This document shows, in pieces, positions 38,406-48,444 of a stretch of 58,323 bases of DNA. This DNA comes from Halanaerobiales bacterium. Lineage in GTDB: Bacteria; Bacillota; Halanaerobiia; Halanaerobiales; M55B127. A program made the position numbers and the translations under genes. The stretch's first letter is position 1. The number at the start of each line of letters is the position of its first letter. The stretch spans positions 1-58,323 of the forward strand of contig JAWOEZ010000004.1 in assembly GCA_046482435.1 (NCBI GenBank). Direction: 5' to 3'. The notes beneath the pieces were generated by a model. That model did not search any database. It was given only the letters and a program-made list of their open reading frames with translations, and was not told the DNA's origin.

Positions 38406-39602
38406 TTAATAGTCTATTGTATAGTTATCATCGGTGATAAGTTTTGAAACACCACGGTTTACTTCATCTCCTTGATGTTTTGATGTGTCATAACCTGGTT
38501 CGGTGTATGCAAAAACTTTACCTTCATAATTTCTTAAGATTACCTTATTTTCCCCCTGGGAGATTATGTATTGCGGACTAACAGGAATTTTACCTCCCCC
38601 TCCAGGAGCATCAATAACATAGGTGGGGACTGCCATTCCTGTGGTATGCTGTCTCAAGGATTCAATGATTTCAATACCTTTACTTACAGGTGTTCTAAAA
38701 TGTTTAATTCCTTTTGAGAGATCACATTGGTATAAATAATATGGTTTAATTCTTATGTATAGTAATTTTTGGACTAATTCTTTCATGATAGATGGTTGGG
38801 CATTGATTCCTTTCAGAAGTACTGATTGATTTCCGACCGGAATTCCTGCATAATTCAGTTTTTCAATGGCTTTTTGAGCGGTCTTAGTTATTTCTTTAGG
38901 ATGGTTGAATTGTAAATTTAAAAATATTGGGTGGTATTTTTTTAACATATTAACCAGGTTATCGGTTATTCTTTGTGGCATTACGACTGGAGTTCTAGAA
39001 CCGATTCGAATTATTTCGACGTGGTTTATTGCTCTTAATTTCTTAATTATTTGTTCTAATTTATCATCGGAAACTAAAAGTGCATCTCCCCCTGATAATA
39101 ATACGTCCCTAATATTTTCATTTTCTTTAATATACTCTACAGCCTGATCAACCTGGTTCATCGGCATCGATTTGTCGGTAATTCCCGCAAATCTTCTTCT
39201 GGTACAGTGGCGACAGTACATTGAACACTGATCAGTTATTAAAAGTAGTACCCTATCAGGATAGCGGTGGGTAAGACCAGGGACCGGTGAATCTATATCT
39301 TCGTATAAAGGGTCTTCCATATCTGCATCACCGAGGGCTAGTTCTTTGGCCGTTGGAACAGCCTGTTTACGAAGGGGGCAGTCTCTATTACTGTAATCGA
39401 TTAAACTAGCATAATAAGGAGTAATAGCCATCCGTAAGGTAGCAAGGGATGATTCTATCTCAGCAGTTTCTTTTTTGTTTATATCAATAACTTTTTTCAA
39501 AGTTTTTACATTTGTGATCCTATTTTTGACCTGCCAGTGCCAGTCATTCCATTCTTCTTCACTTACGTCTTTCCATAGCTCAATTTCTTGATAATCACGC
39601 AT
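38406..39602 (-). CDS. kamA: Lysine 2,3-aminomutase (radical SAM, PLP)
   Basis: WNDWHWQ, THRYPDRVL, CSMYCRHCTRRR, LSGGD, PYYLYQCD, DAPGGGGKIP. Confidence 0.93.
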   Translation of the reverse strand: MRDYQEIELWKDVSEEEWNDWHWQVKNRITNVKTLKKVIDINKKETAEIESSLATLRMAITPYYASLIDYSNRDCPLRKQAVPTAKELALGDADMEDPLYEDIDSPVPGLTHRYPDRVLLLITDQCSMYCRHCTRRRFAGITDKSMPMNQVDQAVEYIKENENIRDVLLSGGDALLVSDDKLEQIIKKLRAINHVEIIRIGSRTPVVMPQRITDNLVNMLKKYHPIFLNLQFNHPKEITKTAQKAIEKLNYAGIPVGNQSVLLKGINAQPSIMKELVQKLLYIRIKPYYLYQCDLSKGIKHFRTPVSKGIEIIESLRQHTTGMAVPTYVIDAPGGGGKIPVSPQYIISQGENKVILRNYEGKVFAYTEPGYDTSKHQGDEVNRGVSKLITDDNYTIDY

Positions 39603-39657
39603 TCTTTACCTCCTATAAGACGAAATTAGATTTAATTTAATTGTCACTATAATATTA

Positions 39658-39674
39658 TGCAAAAACCATACCAA
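39658..39674 (-). promoter_or_regulatory. Sigma54 (-24/-12) promoter of kamA
   Basis: Minus strand TTGGTATGGTTTTTGCA: GG-N10-GC, about 56 nt before the ATG. Confidence 0.75.
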
Positions 39675-39762
39675 GATGTTAGGATGTTGAAGATAAAAGC
39701 ATAATGTAATATAATATAAGATGTTATATACAAAATATTAAGCAATTGAGGAAGTGAATATT

Positions 39763-40842
39763 ATGAACAAAACTCCCCGCGTGAATATTAATTTAGTAGA
39801 AATAGAAACCAATGCTCGCATTTTGAAGGATAAATGTAGGAAAAAAGGGATCAATATTACAGGTGTTGTCAAAGGTGGAGCAGGGGATTTAAGAATAGTG
39901 AATGCTATGGTTTCTGGAGGTATAAATACCATAGGAGACTCAAGATTAAAAAATATAAGAAAGATACGTGAAGCTGGTTTTAAAAACGAGTTGGTTCTCC
40001 TCAGGTTACCCAGGCTTTCAGAAATTGAATCACTTATAAAATATGCTGATATAAGTCTTAACTCTGAATTAGTCACCTTAGAAGGTATTGGTAGGGAAGC
40101 CCTTAAGCAGGGAAAAGTTCATAAGGCAATAATAATGGTTGATGTAGGTGACCTTAGAGAAGGGGTGTTAGTTAAAGATCTCGTGGAATTTATGAAAGAT
40201 GCCCTGGAGATAGATGGGGTCGAAATTATCGGTCTGGGTACTAATGTTGGTTGTTATGCTGGGGTTTTACCTACACCAAACAATACTAAGATTCTTGTAG
40301 ATTTAAAGGAAAAGGTAAAAAAAGAATTTGGTTATGACTTAAAGGTCGTCTCTGGTGGAAATACTGCTACTACTATTCTCTTAGAGAATGACCAACTACC
40401 GGAAGGTATTAATAATCTCAGGGTAGGTGAAGGTTTAATTCAGGGTACAGATATTACCCATCAGAGAGAAATACCATTTTTAAATAGTAACAATATTAAA
40501 TTAGCTGCAGAGATAATTGAGTTAAAAGATAAACCCTCTTTACCAACCGGTAAAACAGGGCATGATGCATTTGGAAACAAACCAGACTTTAAAGATAAGG
40601 GAATAAGGAAGAGGGCTATTCTAGCTGTTGGAAGGCAAGATGTTAAAGTAGATGGAATGACCCCTATCATAGAAGGCGTTGAAATAATAGGAGCCAGTAG
40701 TGATCATCTCCTCTGTGATGTAACAGAGTCAAAAAGAGACCTTCAAGTTGGCAGTGAAATAGAGTTCAAATTAGATTATGGTGCGATGTTACAAACCATG
40801 ACTTCTGACTATATTTATAAAAATTATATTGGATCCTATTGA
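39763..40842 (+). CDS. Ornithine-racemase (Orr)-like PLP fold-type III amino acid racemase
   Basis: GVVKG (PLP Lys), GDSRLKN, MVDVGDLREG, SGGN, NLRVGE, DAFGNKP, GASSDH. The ORF track starts at GTG 39754, but ATG 39763 has the SD. Confidence 0.82.
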   Translation: MNKTPRVNINLVEIETNARILKDKCRKKGINITGVVKGGAGDLRIVNAMVSGGINTIGDSRLKNIRKIREAGFKNELVLLRLPRLSEIESLIKYADISLNSELVTLEGIGREALKQGKVHKAIIMVDVGDLREGVLVKDLVEFMKDALEIDGVEIIGLGTNVGCYAGVLPTPNNTKILVDLKEKVKKEFGYDLKVVSGGNTATTILLENDQLPEGINNLRVGEGLIQGTDITHQREIPFLNSNNIKLAAEIIELKDKPSLPTGKTGHDAFGNKPDFKDKGIRKRAILAVGRQDVKVDGMTPIIEGVEIIGASSDHLLCDVTESKRDLQVGSEIEFKLDYGAMLQTMTSDYIYKNYIGSY

Positions 40843-42440
40843 TTTGCCAAGATTAATTGACCATTTATATATACTTCTTTCACTCTTTGCCTCAATAATT
40901 CTTTAGGAGTTAGGTTTAATAAGTTCTCTTTAAAGGTAATAAAATCAGCTTTTTGACCTACTTTGATTGATCCTTTCTCATCTTCTTCAAAATTTTGATA
41001 AGCGGGTCCTGTGGTATACAGCTGCAGGGCCTTTTTCATATCTATAGTTTCATTAGGCTGCCAGCTCTCCATGCTATCCTTATCGGGCTCTTTTCTTTGG
41101 ATGGAAGCATATACACCTAGTAGTGGATTGATTTCTTCTACAGGGGCGTCTGAACTCCCAGCAAGTGGGATTCCTTTTTCGATTAGACTCCTCATTCTAT
41201 ATAAATTCTTTGCCCTCCTTTTACCCAACCGTTTATCAGCAATCTGGTAATCTGAACTAATAAAAGTAGGCTGGACTGATAGAACTATATTATTCTTCTT
41301 GATCCTATTAATCAATTTATCATCTATCATAGAAGCATGGACAATAATTGGGCGGAGTTTTTTCCTCTGATACTTTTTATTCAAATTTTCATATATTTTG
41401 GTTACTATATCTACTGCTCTGATCCCGATTGCATGGATAGCAGGCTGGAATCCTAGTTGATATGCAGTATCGACTAAGGATTCTAATTTATCTTTTTTAA
41501 ATAGTAGCTCGCCTTTTGTGGTACTATCATCTCTATAGGGTTTTCGAAGGGCAGCGGTTCTACCACCGAGGGAACCATCAAACATAAACTTAACTGGTCC
41601 GGTATTTAAGTTTTTTACCCCTTTGAGTTCTTTTCTTATTTTCTGATGAAAAGCAAAATCCTCTTTTTCACTAACTCTCAATTGTAAAGTTATATCAAGA
41701 GGTAGTTCATTATTTTCGGCAAGTTCCAAATAACTTTTATAAATATCTTCCCGGTATTTCTTTTGCCATAAATCATCGGTATGAATCGAGGTTATTCCCT
41801 GAGATAAAAATTCCTTGCAGGAATTTTGGATAATTTTTTTAAATTTATTCCTTTGTTTTTCCATTACGAGGTCATCAACAATAGAAATAGATTCATCCTG
41901 TAAAACACCGGTGGGAAATCCAGCTTTATTCCTTAAGATTTTACCACCTTCAGGGTCGGGTGTATCTTTGTTAATTTGGGCAAGCTCTAAGGCCTTCGAA
42001 TTAACGAATCCTATATGAAGGCATCTTCTTTTAACTAAAATCGGAATTTTCTTAGAGATCTTATCGAGGATGTCTCTATCAAGATTCACCTTACCACCGA
42101 ACTTCTCTTGATCCCAATTTATTACTGTAATCCAATCATTTTCTTTTGATTTTGAGGTTTGATTTCTAATTTTATCAAACACTTCTTCAATTGTTTCACA
42201 ATTTTTTAGATTAACACTGTTTTTCTGGAGTGCGTAATAAAAATAATGAAGATGTCCATCAGTAAAAGAAGGCAGGATATACCGACCTTTAAGGTCTATT
42301 ATCTCAGTGTCTTGATCCCGTACTTCCAACAATTCTTTTTTAGGACCAATTTTTTTAATCAATCCATTTTGAGTAATAAAAGAATTGAAGTTATCATTCA
42401 TTAGTACTTTACCGTTTATAAAAATATTTTGTTCTGCCAT
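40836..42440 (-). CDS. YtcJ-like amidohydrolase (Amidohydro_3)
   Basis: PSFTDGHLH, PDPEGG, KFMFDGSLGGRTAA, HAIG, GSSDAP, GSIKVGQKADF. Confidence 0.85.
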   Translation of the reverse strand: MAEQNIFINGKVLMNDNFNSFITQNGLIKKIGPKKELLEVRDQDTEIIDLKGRYILPSFTDGHLHYFYYALQKNSVNLKNCETIEEVFDKIRNQTSKSKENDWITVINWDQEKFGGKVNLDRDILDKISKKIPILVKRRCLHIGFVNSKALELAQINKDTPDPEGGKILRNKAGFPTGVLQDESISIVDDLVMEKQRNKFKKIIQNSCKEFLSQGITSIHTDDLWQKKYREDIYKSYLELAENNELPLDITLQLRVSEKEDFAFHQKIRKELKGVKNLNTGPVKFMFDGSLGGRTAALRKPYRDDSTTKGELLFKKDKLESLVDTAYQLGFQPAIHAIGIRAVDIVTKIYENLNKKYQRKKLRPIIVHASMIDDKLINRIKKNNIVLSVQPTFISSDYQIADKRLGKRRAKNLYRMRSLIEKGIPLAGSSDAPVEEINPLLGVYASIQRKEPDKDSMESWQPNETIDMKKALQLYTTGPAYQNFEEDEKGSIKVGQKADFITFKENLLNLTPKELLRQRVKEVYINGQLILANQ

Positions 42441-42489
42441 TATTTCACCTCTTAATTAATAACTTCCACAAAGGAGTATTTCAATCCTT

Positions 42490-42535
42490 TTTTGCGCAAG
42501 AAATTTTTCTCTTATGCAAAAAAACTTGCGTAAAA
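42490..42535. promoter_or_regulatory. Tandem RocR-type upstream activating sequences (candidate enhancer / autoregulatory site)
   Basis: GCAAGAAATTTTTC (42496-42509) and GCAAAAAAACTTGC (42516-42529), 20 bp apart. Together they form the inverted repeat TTTTgCGCAAG...CTTGCGtAAAA directly upstream of the activator gene. Confidence 0.6.
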
Positions 42536-42600
42536 TAAAGGTTTAGAATTGATAAAGTAGAATACATAATTTAAAGCATAATATGTTGAGGAGGTAAAGA

Positions 42601-44058
42601 ATGAATTCTAAGTGGATTGAATCCGGTAAGAATTTAGATAACAAGAGTTTATGTAAATTATTAAATAATCTAACAGAAGGAATACATGTTGTTGATAATA
42701 AAGGAAATACAATTTTATACAATAAAAAAGCCTCTGAAATAGATGGTTTGATACCGAAAGAGGTCCTGGGGAAAAATATATTTGAGGTTTTTCCTTCTTT
42801 AACTTTAGAGACCTCTACCTTAATGAAAACATTAAAAAATGGGGAAAAGTATCTAAACCATAAACAGACCTTTATTAATTACCGGGGAAAAAAGATTACT
42901 ACTATAAACCACACTTTTCCTATCATTTTCAAGGATGAAACTAAAGGTGCTGTTGAAATTTCTAAGGATATCACCCAGACGGAGGAACTGGTTGAGGATA
43001 TCACTGACTTAAGGAGCAAGCTAAAAGATAGTAACAACAAGAAAAATAAAAAAATAGATGTAGATAATAATACAAGTTATGAATTTTCTGATATAATAGG
43101 GCAAAACAAAGAATTTAATAGTTCTGTAAGTGATGCAATGAAGAGCGCCCAGAGCGATTCTTCGGTTTTAATATATGGTGAAACCGGAACAGGGAAAGAG
43201 CTGTTTGCTCAAAGTATTCATAATGCAAGTAACAGGAAAAACAATGAATTTATAGCCCAAAACTGTGCAGCTCTACCGAAGGACTTATTAGAATCTCTGC
43301 TTTTCGGGACTGAAAAGGGTAGTTTTACAGGAGCCAAGAGTAAACCAGGGTTGTTTGAGATGGCTGACGGGGGTACTATTTTACTTGATGAGATCAATTC
43401 GATGGATTTATCCTTACAGGCTAAATTGCTTAGAGTATTACAGGACGGTAGAGTTAGGAGAATTGGTGCCCAACAAGAAAAACAGGTAGATGTCCGGATT
43501 ATTACTACGATGAATCTGCATCCTGACAGAGCTTTCGAAAAAAATCTCTTAAGGGAAGACCTTTATTATAGGTTAAGTGTGGTTTATATCTATTTACCTC
43601 CTTTAAGAAAAAGACAAGATGACATATTATTATTGACGGACCATTTTATTAAACATTATAATAAAGAGTTCGACAAAGATATAACCGGCTTAAGCGGTAA
43701 ACTGGAAGATGTATTTAAAAATTACACCTGGCCTGGTAATATAAGAGAACTAAAGCATGTAATCGAAAGTACCTATAATATTAAACAGTTTGGTGATAAA
43801 ATAAAAATCGATGATTTACCAGGATATATCAGAGAAAGATTGGGTCAGAATAAAAATAAGATGAACAGTTGGAATTTTGATGATGAAATAAAAAACAGTA
43901 AAGATTTACCCCCTCTTGATCAATATTTAGAAGAGATAGAAATGAAACTAATAGAAAATGCACTTCAAAAAAACGATCATAATATAAGTGCCGCTGCACG
44001 GGAATTAAAAATATCAAGGCAGTCACTTCAGTATAAGTTAAAAAAATACGGACTATAA
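42601..44058 (+). CDS. Sigma54-dependent enhancer-binding activator (PAS-AAA+-Fis HTH), RocR/KamR-like
   Basis: N-terminal [46 protein letters not shown]-terminal [16 protein letters not shown]. Confidence 0.92.
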   Translation: MNSKWIESGKNLDNKSLCKLLNNLTEGIHVVDNKGNTILYNKKASEIDGLIPKEVLGKNIFEVFPSLTLETSTLMKTLKNGEKYLNHKQTFINYRGKKITTINHTFPIIFKDETKGAVEISKDITQTEELVEDITDLRSKLKDSNNKKNKKIDVDNNTSYEFSDIIGQNKEFNSSVSDAMKSAQSDSSVLIYGETGTGKELFAQSIHNASNRKNNEFIAQNCAALPKDLLESLLFGTEKGSFTGAKSKPGLFEMADGGTILLDEINSMDLSLQAKLLRVLQDGRVRRIGAQQEKQVDVRIITTMNLHPDRAFEKNLLREDLYYRLSVVYIYLPPLRKRQDDILLLTDHFIKHYNKEFDKDITGLSGKLEDVFKNYTWPGNIRELKHVIESTYNIKQFGDKIKIDDLPGYIRERLGQNKNKMNSWNFDDEIKNSKDLPPLDQYLEEIEMKLIENALQKNDHNISAAARELKISRQSLQYKLKKYGL

Positions 44059-44078
44059 AAATAATCAGGAGTGATAGG

Positions 44079-45002
44079 ATGGATATTACATTAATTTTAG
44101 TATTTTTATGTATGGGATTTATAACAGGATATTTCAGACCATTTTCTGATGTATTTTATAAATTTTCCGGTTATATAACTGAAATAGGTTTAATCATCCT
44201 CCTTGGTTCAATGGGGGCCAGAATCGGAGTTGATGAAAAGATAATAAGTGAACTTGGTGTAATCGGTTATAAATCCTTTATATTGGCATTATTTAGTATC
44301 CTGGGTAGTATTGCACTTTTAAAAATATTTGCTGCGTTTCTAAAAAATAATTATGAAGTAATAGAGGAGAAAGATGGGGTTGAAAAGGAGGGTTCTAACC
44401 ACCGATTAACGATTATTATAATTATTTCGGTAATAATTGGAATAGCTTTAGGTATTACCGTCCTAAAAAATAGTTATTTACCAGTTATAGAGATTATAAC
44501 CAGCTATGCGTTGGCGGTTCTATTGTTTGGAGTTGGTGTGGATATAGGACTAAATAAAGGGGCCTTTTATGAACTTAAAGTTCTGGGTTTTAAAATAATA
44601 TTAATTCCGATTTTGATAGTACTGGGAACAATGTTGGGAACTTACATTGCCAGCCTTGTCTTAAATATGGTGGCTAAAGAAGCGATGGCAGTAGGAGCTG
44701 GGTTTGGTTGGTACAGCCTATCAGCAATTTTAATTACAAAAATACATAGTGTAGAACTTGGATCAGTAGCATTTTTAACCAATGTTTTTAGAGAACTCCT
44801 CACAATAATATCTCTCCCTTTTGTTGTAAAATATATAGGTAAAATTCCTTCAATTGGACCGGGGGGAGCAACCACAATGGATGTTACCTTACCTTTAATT
44901 AAAAAAGTTTCAGGAGAAGAGATTGCGATTCCAGCTTTTATAAGTGGGGTTGTGCTTTCATCTTTGGTCCCGATCTTAGTTCCGTTTATCTTAAATATCT
45001 AA
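44079..45002 (+). CDS. LysO/DUF340-family lysine transporter
   Basis: Multi-TM protein with GFGWYSLS, AFLTNVFREL, GGATTMDVTLP. Confidence 0.82.
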   Translation: MDITLILVFLCMGFITGYFRPFSDVFYKFSGYITEIGLIILLGSMGARIGVDEKIISELGVIGYKSFILALFSILGSIALLKIFAAFLKNNYEVIEEKDGVEKEGSNHRLTIIIIISVIIGIALGITVLKNSYLPVIEIITSYALAVLLFGVGVDIGLNKGAFYELKVLGFKIILIPILIVLGTMLGTYIASLVLNMVAKEAMAVGAGFGWYSLSAILITKIHSVELGSVAFLTNVFRELLTIISLPFVVKYIGKIPSIGPGGATTMDVTLPLIKKVSGEEIAIPAFISGVVLSSLVPILVPFILNI

Positions 45003-45020
45003 ATAAAAAAACTTAAATTT

Positions 45021-45037
45021 CTGGCATAATAATTGCA
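45021..45037 (+). promoter_or_regulatory. Sigma54 (-24/-12) promoter of the kamB-kamDE-kal-kce operon
   Basis: CTGGCATAATAATTGCA, close to the consensus TGGCAC-N5-TTGCA. Confidence 0.82.
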
Positions 45038-45061
45038 TTTTTAATAAAAGGGGATAATAGA

Positions 45062-46108
45062 ATGAGTTCTAAATTGGGAGATTTAGTTATCAATAAAAAC
45101 ATTAAGACTGTATCTATTATAGGACTTGCGAAAAACACGGGTAAAACGGTAACTTTAAATCAATTAATAGAAGAGTTATATCTAAAAAGCTATCAGATAG
45201 GTGTTTTATCATATGGCCGAGATGGAGAAAACATTGATCTGATTACCGGCAAGAAAAAACCACCTGTAAAAGTTTATCCCGGTATTTATTTTGTTACTGC
45301 CCAAAGAGCCCTCAAAGACACGGATCTTAAATATAAAAAGGTTACCGGTACAAAGATTAGGTCTACAATGGGTTATGTTAATCTTTATCAGAGTTTAAGC
45401 GAGGGAAAGGTTCAGCTGGTAGGGGTTAACCGATTAAGCCAGTTGATCTTAGTTAAGAATCTGCTTTTCAACAAAACAGACTATATCTTAGTAGATGGAG
45501 CTCTGGACAGAAAAAGTTCTGCCCTCCCGAAAATAAGTGGAGCCATGGTATTGGCCACTGGAGCTGTGATCGGTGAGGATATGGAAGATGTAATAGAAAA
45601 AACAAAATATGAGGTTCAGAAATTACAGATTCCTTTTTTAGAAGATCAAAACGATATAATTAAATTACAGGAATATTGTAATAAGAATAATAGTGTGATC
45701 TGGACTGAAGCCGGTCAATTATTAAGCTTTAAATCTCCTACTTCACTGCTTTTAATGAAAGATGTAGAAAATTATTTACAAAAGTCAAAGGTTAAGCTTG
45801 CAGTGAAATATATTTTTATAAAGGGAGCTTTTACCGGAACAATTGCCCGCAAGTTAATTGATTTCAATCTAAAAGGAATAACAGTGGTAATCCCAGATTC
45901 TACCAAACTTTTTATAGACGAGATGGAATATAATTATTTAACAAAAAACGCGATAAAAATAAGGGTGCTTTATCCAATAAATTTAATAGCTTTAACTATT
46001 AACCCCCATAATCCAGCCGGTAAAAGTTTGGAAGAAGAAAATTTTTTATTAAATACAAAAAAGCAATTTGATATCCCGGTTTTTAATGTAGAATCAAGAG
46101 ATTATTGA
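45062..46108 (+). CDS. kamB: Lysine 5,6-aminomutase reactivase subunit KamB-like
   Basis: SIIGLAKNTGKTVTLN, SYGRDGE, LVDGALDRKS, LATGA. Directly upstream of kamD. Confidence 0.75.
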   Translation: MSSKLGDLVINKNIKTVSIIGLAKNTGKTVTLNQLIEELYLKSYQIGVLSYGRDGENIDLITGKKKPPVKVYPGIYFVTAQRALKDTDLKYKKVTGTKIRSTMGYVNLYQSLSEGKVQLVGVNRLSQLILVKNLLFNKTDYILVDGALDRKSSALPKISGAMVLATGAVIGEDMEDVIEKTKYEVQKLQIPFLEDQNDIIKLQEYCNKNNSVIWTEAGQLLSFKSPTSLLLMKDVENYLQKSKVKLAVKYIFIKGAFTGTIARKLIDFNLKGITVVIPDSTKLFIDEMEYNYLTKNAIKIRVLYPINLIALTINPHNPAGKSLEEENFLLNTKKQFDIPVFNVESRDY

Positions 46109-46121
46109 AAGGAGGAATAAT

Positions 46122-47696
46122 TTGGCACCAAAACTAGATTTAGACCAAAAATTAATTAATTTATGCAGAAGCTACACCTCTGAAATAGCAGATGCAATAG
46201 ATAACAAGATAGAAAAGAATACTACTACTTCAGTTGAGAGAACCGTGCTTAGATTATTAGGAGTCGATGGGGTAGATAAACATGGAATACCTTTGCCGAA
46301 TGTAATTGTAGAAAAAGTGAAAGAAGCAGGTGAACTAAATAAAGGGATTTCCTATTGGTTTGGAAATGCACTTTTAGAGACCGGCTTAGATATTCAAAAC
46401 CTGGCTGAGGAGATTTCAGAAGAAAAAGTCAACTTAATGAAGATCTCTAAAAGAGACAAAACTGAAGTTTATGATTACCTATATAATATAGCGGAGAAAA
46501 AGGCAGCTGGAATAAAGAAGAATGTGGAAAAAAGGAATGAACTAATGGATAAATATCCTCCTGGACCCCAGCCCTGGCTTTATGTGATTGTCGCAACGGG
46601 AAATATTTATGAAGATGTTAAACAGGCGAGAGCAGCTGCACGTCAGGGAGCGGATATTGTAGCAGTAATAAGAAGCACAGCTCAAAGTCTTTTAGATTAT
46701 GTTCCTTATGGACCTACCACCGAAGGATTTGGAGGAACTTATGCCACTCAGGCTAATTTTAAAATAATGAGAGAGGCCCTTGATGAAGTAAGTAGAGAGG
46801 AAGGCCATTATGTACAGCTTGTAAATTATTGTTCGGGATTAGCAATGCCCGAAATTGCAGCGATGGGTGCATTCGAAAGATTAGATATGATGTTAAATGA
46901 TGCGATGTATGGTATCTTATTTAGGGATATAAATATGAAAAGAACTTTTGTAGACCAGTATTTTTCCCGAATGATCAATGCCTATGGGGGAGTCATAATC
47001 AATACTGGTGAGGATAACTACTTAACAACCGCCGATGCTGTTGAGGAAGCCCATACTGTATTGGCATCTCAATTTATAAACGAAGAGCTGGGGCTAAGAA
47101 CAGGATTGAATGAGAACCAGCTGGGTTTAGGCCATGCTTTTGAAATTAATCCAGACCTAGAAGACAGTTTTTTAATGGAAATAGCTCAGGCTCAGTTAGT
47201 CCGACAGATTTTCCCGGATTCTCCTCTTAAATATATGCCCCCTACTAAATATATAGATGGTGATATTTTTAAGGGGCATTTGATGGATGGAATGTTTAAT
47301 ATTGCTTCAATTATGACTGATCAAAGCATCCAACTATTAGGGATGTTAACAGAGGCTATTCATACTCCCTTCTTACAGGATAGGGCATTAAGCATCGAAA
47401 ACGCAAAACATGTCTTTAATTCTGCCAGAACCTTAAGTGATGAAATAATTTTTAAATCGGATGGAAAGATCCAGAAAAGAGCAACTCAGGTTTTAAAGGA
47501 AACTGCCGAAATTTTGAAAGAGATTTCTGATAAAGGATTAATGAAGGCTTTATCAGAAGGTATTTTTGGAGATATCAAGCGGCCGATGAATGGTGGAAAA
47601 GGTTCTGATGGTGTTGTAACTAAGTCCTCAGAGTATTTCAATCCCTTTATAGATCTGTTTAAAGAGGAGTTGAAGATAGATGCTGAAGAACGATAA
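46122..47696 (+). CDS. kamD: D-lysine/beta-lysine 5,6-aminomutase alpha subunit
   Basis: TTSVERTVLRLLG, YVIVATGNIYED, RSTAQSLLDY, NYCSGL, NTGEDNYL, KYMPPTK. Confidence 0.93.
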   Translation: MAPKLDLDQKLINLCRSYTSEIADAIDNKIEKNTTTSVERTVLRLLGVDGVDKHGIPLPNVIVEKVKEAGELNKGISYWFGNALLETGLDIQNLAEEISEEKVNLMKISKRDKTEVYDYLYNIAEKKAAGIKKNVEKRNELMDKYPPGPQPWLYVIVATGNIYEDVKQARAAARQGADIVAVIRSTAQSLLDYVPYGPTTEGFGGTYATQANFKIMREALDEVSREEGHYVQLVNYCSGLAMPEIAAMGAFERLDMMLNDAMYGILFRDINMKRTFVDQYFSRMINAYGGVIINTGEDNYLTTADAVEEAHTVLASQFINEELGLRTGLNENQLGLGHAFEINPDLEDSFLMEIAQAQLVRQIFPDSPLKYMPPTKYIDGDIFKGHLMDGMFNIASIMTDQSIQLLGMLTEAIHTPFLQDRALSIENAKHVFNSARTLSDEIIFKSDGKIQKRATQVLKETAEILKEISDKGLMKALSEGIFGDIKRPMNGGKGSDGVVTKSSEYFNPFIDLFKEELKIDAEER

Positions 47697-48432
47697 TTTA
47701 ATTAAAGCATATGGCGACACCTATAATGACGGTAAAATACAGCTAAGTTTTACCCTCCCTATCCAAAAAGGTATCGAAGCTGAAGAGGCAGCCCGGATCT
47801 ATTGTTCAAATTTAGGACTTGAAGATATAGAAGTAGTTCATATGAAAGACTTAAGAGAAGGTTTTACTTTTTTTGTCGTATATGCAGTTGCAGATGTCTT
47901 AGTAAATACAGATAAAATTAATGTAGCCAAGATAGAAACAGAGGAAATGAACTTTTATGAAATTAATGATTATATCAAAGAAAAGATAGGGTACCCTTTA
48001 ACGGTTGTCGGAGCCTGTACGGGTTCGGATGCTCATACAGTAGGGTTGGATGCGATCTTAAATATGAAAGGTTATGCCGGGGAATACGGACTGGAAAGGT
48101 ATTCACAAATTAATACATATAATATGGGCAGCCAGGTTCCTAATGAAAAGCTAATTGAAAAAGCTGTTGAAGAAAAAGCAGATGCTATTTTAATTTCTCA
48201 AGTGGTAACTCAGAAAAATATTCATCTTAAAAATTTAACTGAGTTTGTGGAAATACTAGAAGCAGAAGGTTTAAGAGATGAATTTATCCTAGTTTTAGGG
48301 GGCCCCAGAATCAGTCATGAACTGGCTTTGGAATTGGGTTTTGACGCTGGTTTTGGAGCCGGTACTAAACCAAACCAGGTGGCCTCATATATTGTCCAAA
48401 AAGTTCACGAAGAGTTAGATAATAATAATTAA
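47680..48432 (+). CDS. kamE: Lysine 5,6-aminomutase beta subunit (B12/PLP-binding)
   Basis: YGDTYNDGKIQLSFTLP, DAHTVGLDAILNMKG (DxHxxG plus PLP Lys), GGPRI, GFDAGFG. Confidence 0.93.
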   Translation: MLKNDNLIKAYGDTYNDGKIQLSFTLPIQKGIEAEEAARIYCSNLGLEDIEVVHMKDLREGFTFFVVYAVADVLVNTDKINVAKIETEEMNFYEINDYIKEKIGYPLTVVGACTGSDAHTVGLDAILNMKGYAGEYGLERYSQINTYNMGSQVPNEKLIEKAVEEKADAILISQVVTQKNIHLKNLTEFVEILEAEGLRDEFILVLGGPRISHELALELGFDAGFGAGTKPNQVASYIVQKVHEELDNNN

Positions 48433-48444
48433 GAGGTGATAAAT

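Noticed and set aside
39603-45061. Lysine (L-box) or cobalamin riboswitch in the lysine locus
   Set aside because: The intergenic gaps are 160 nt or less and AT-rich, without the conserved cores. Sigma54 elements explain the regulation.
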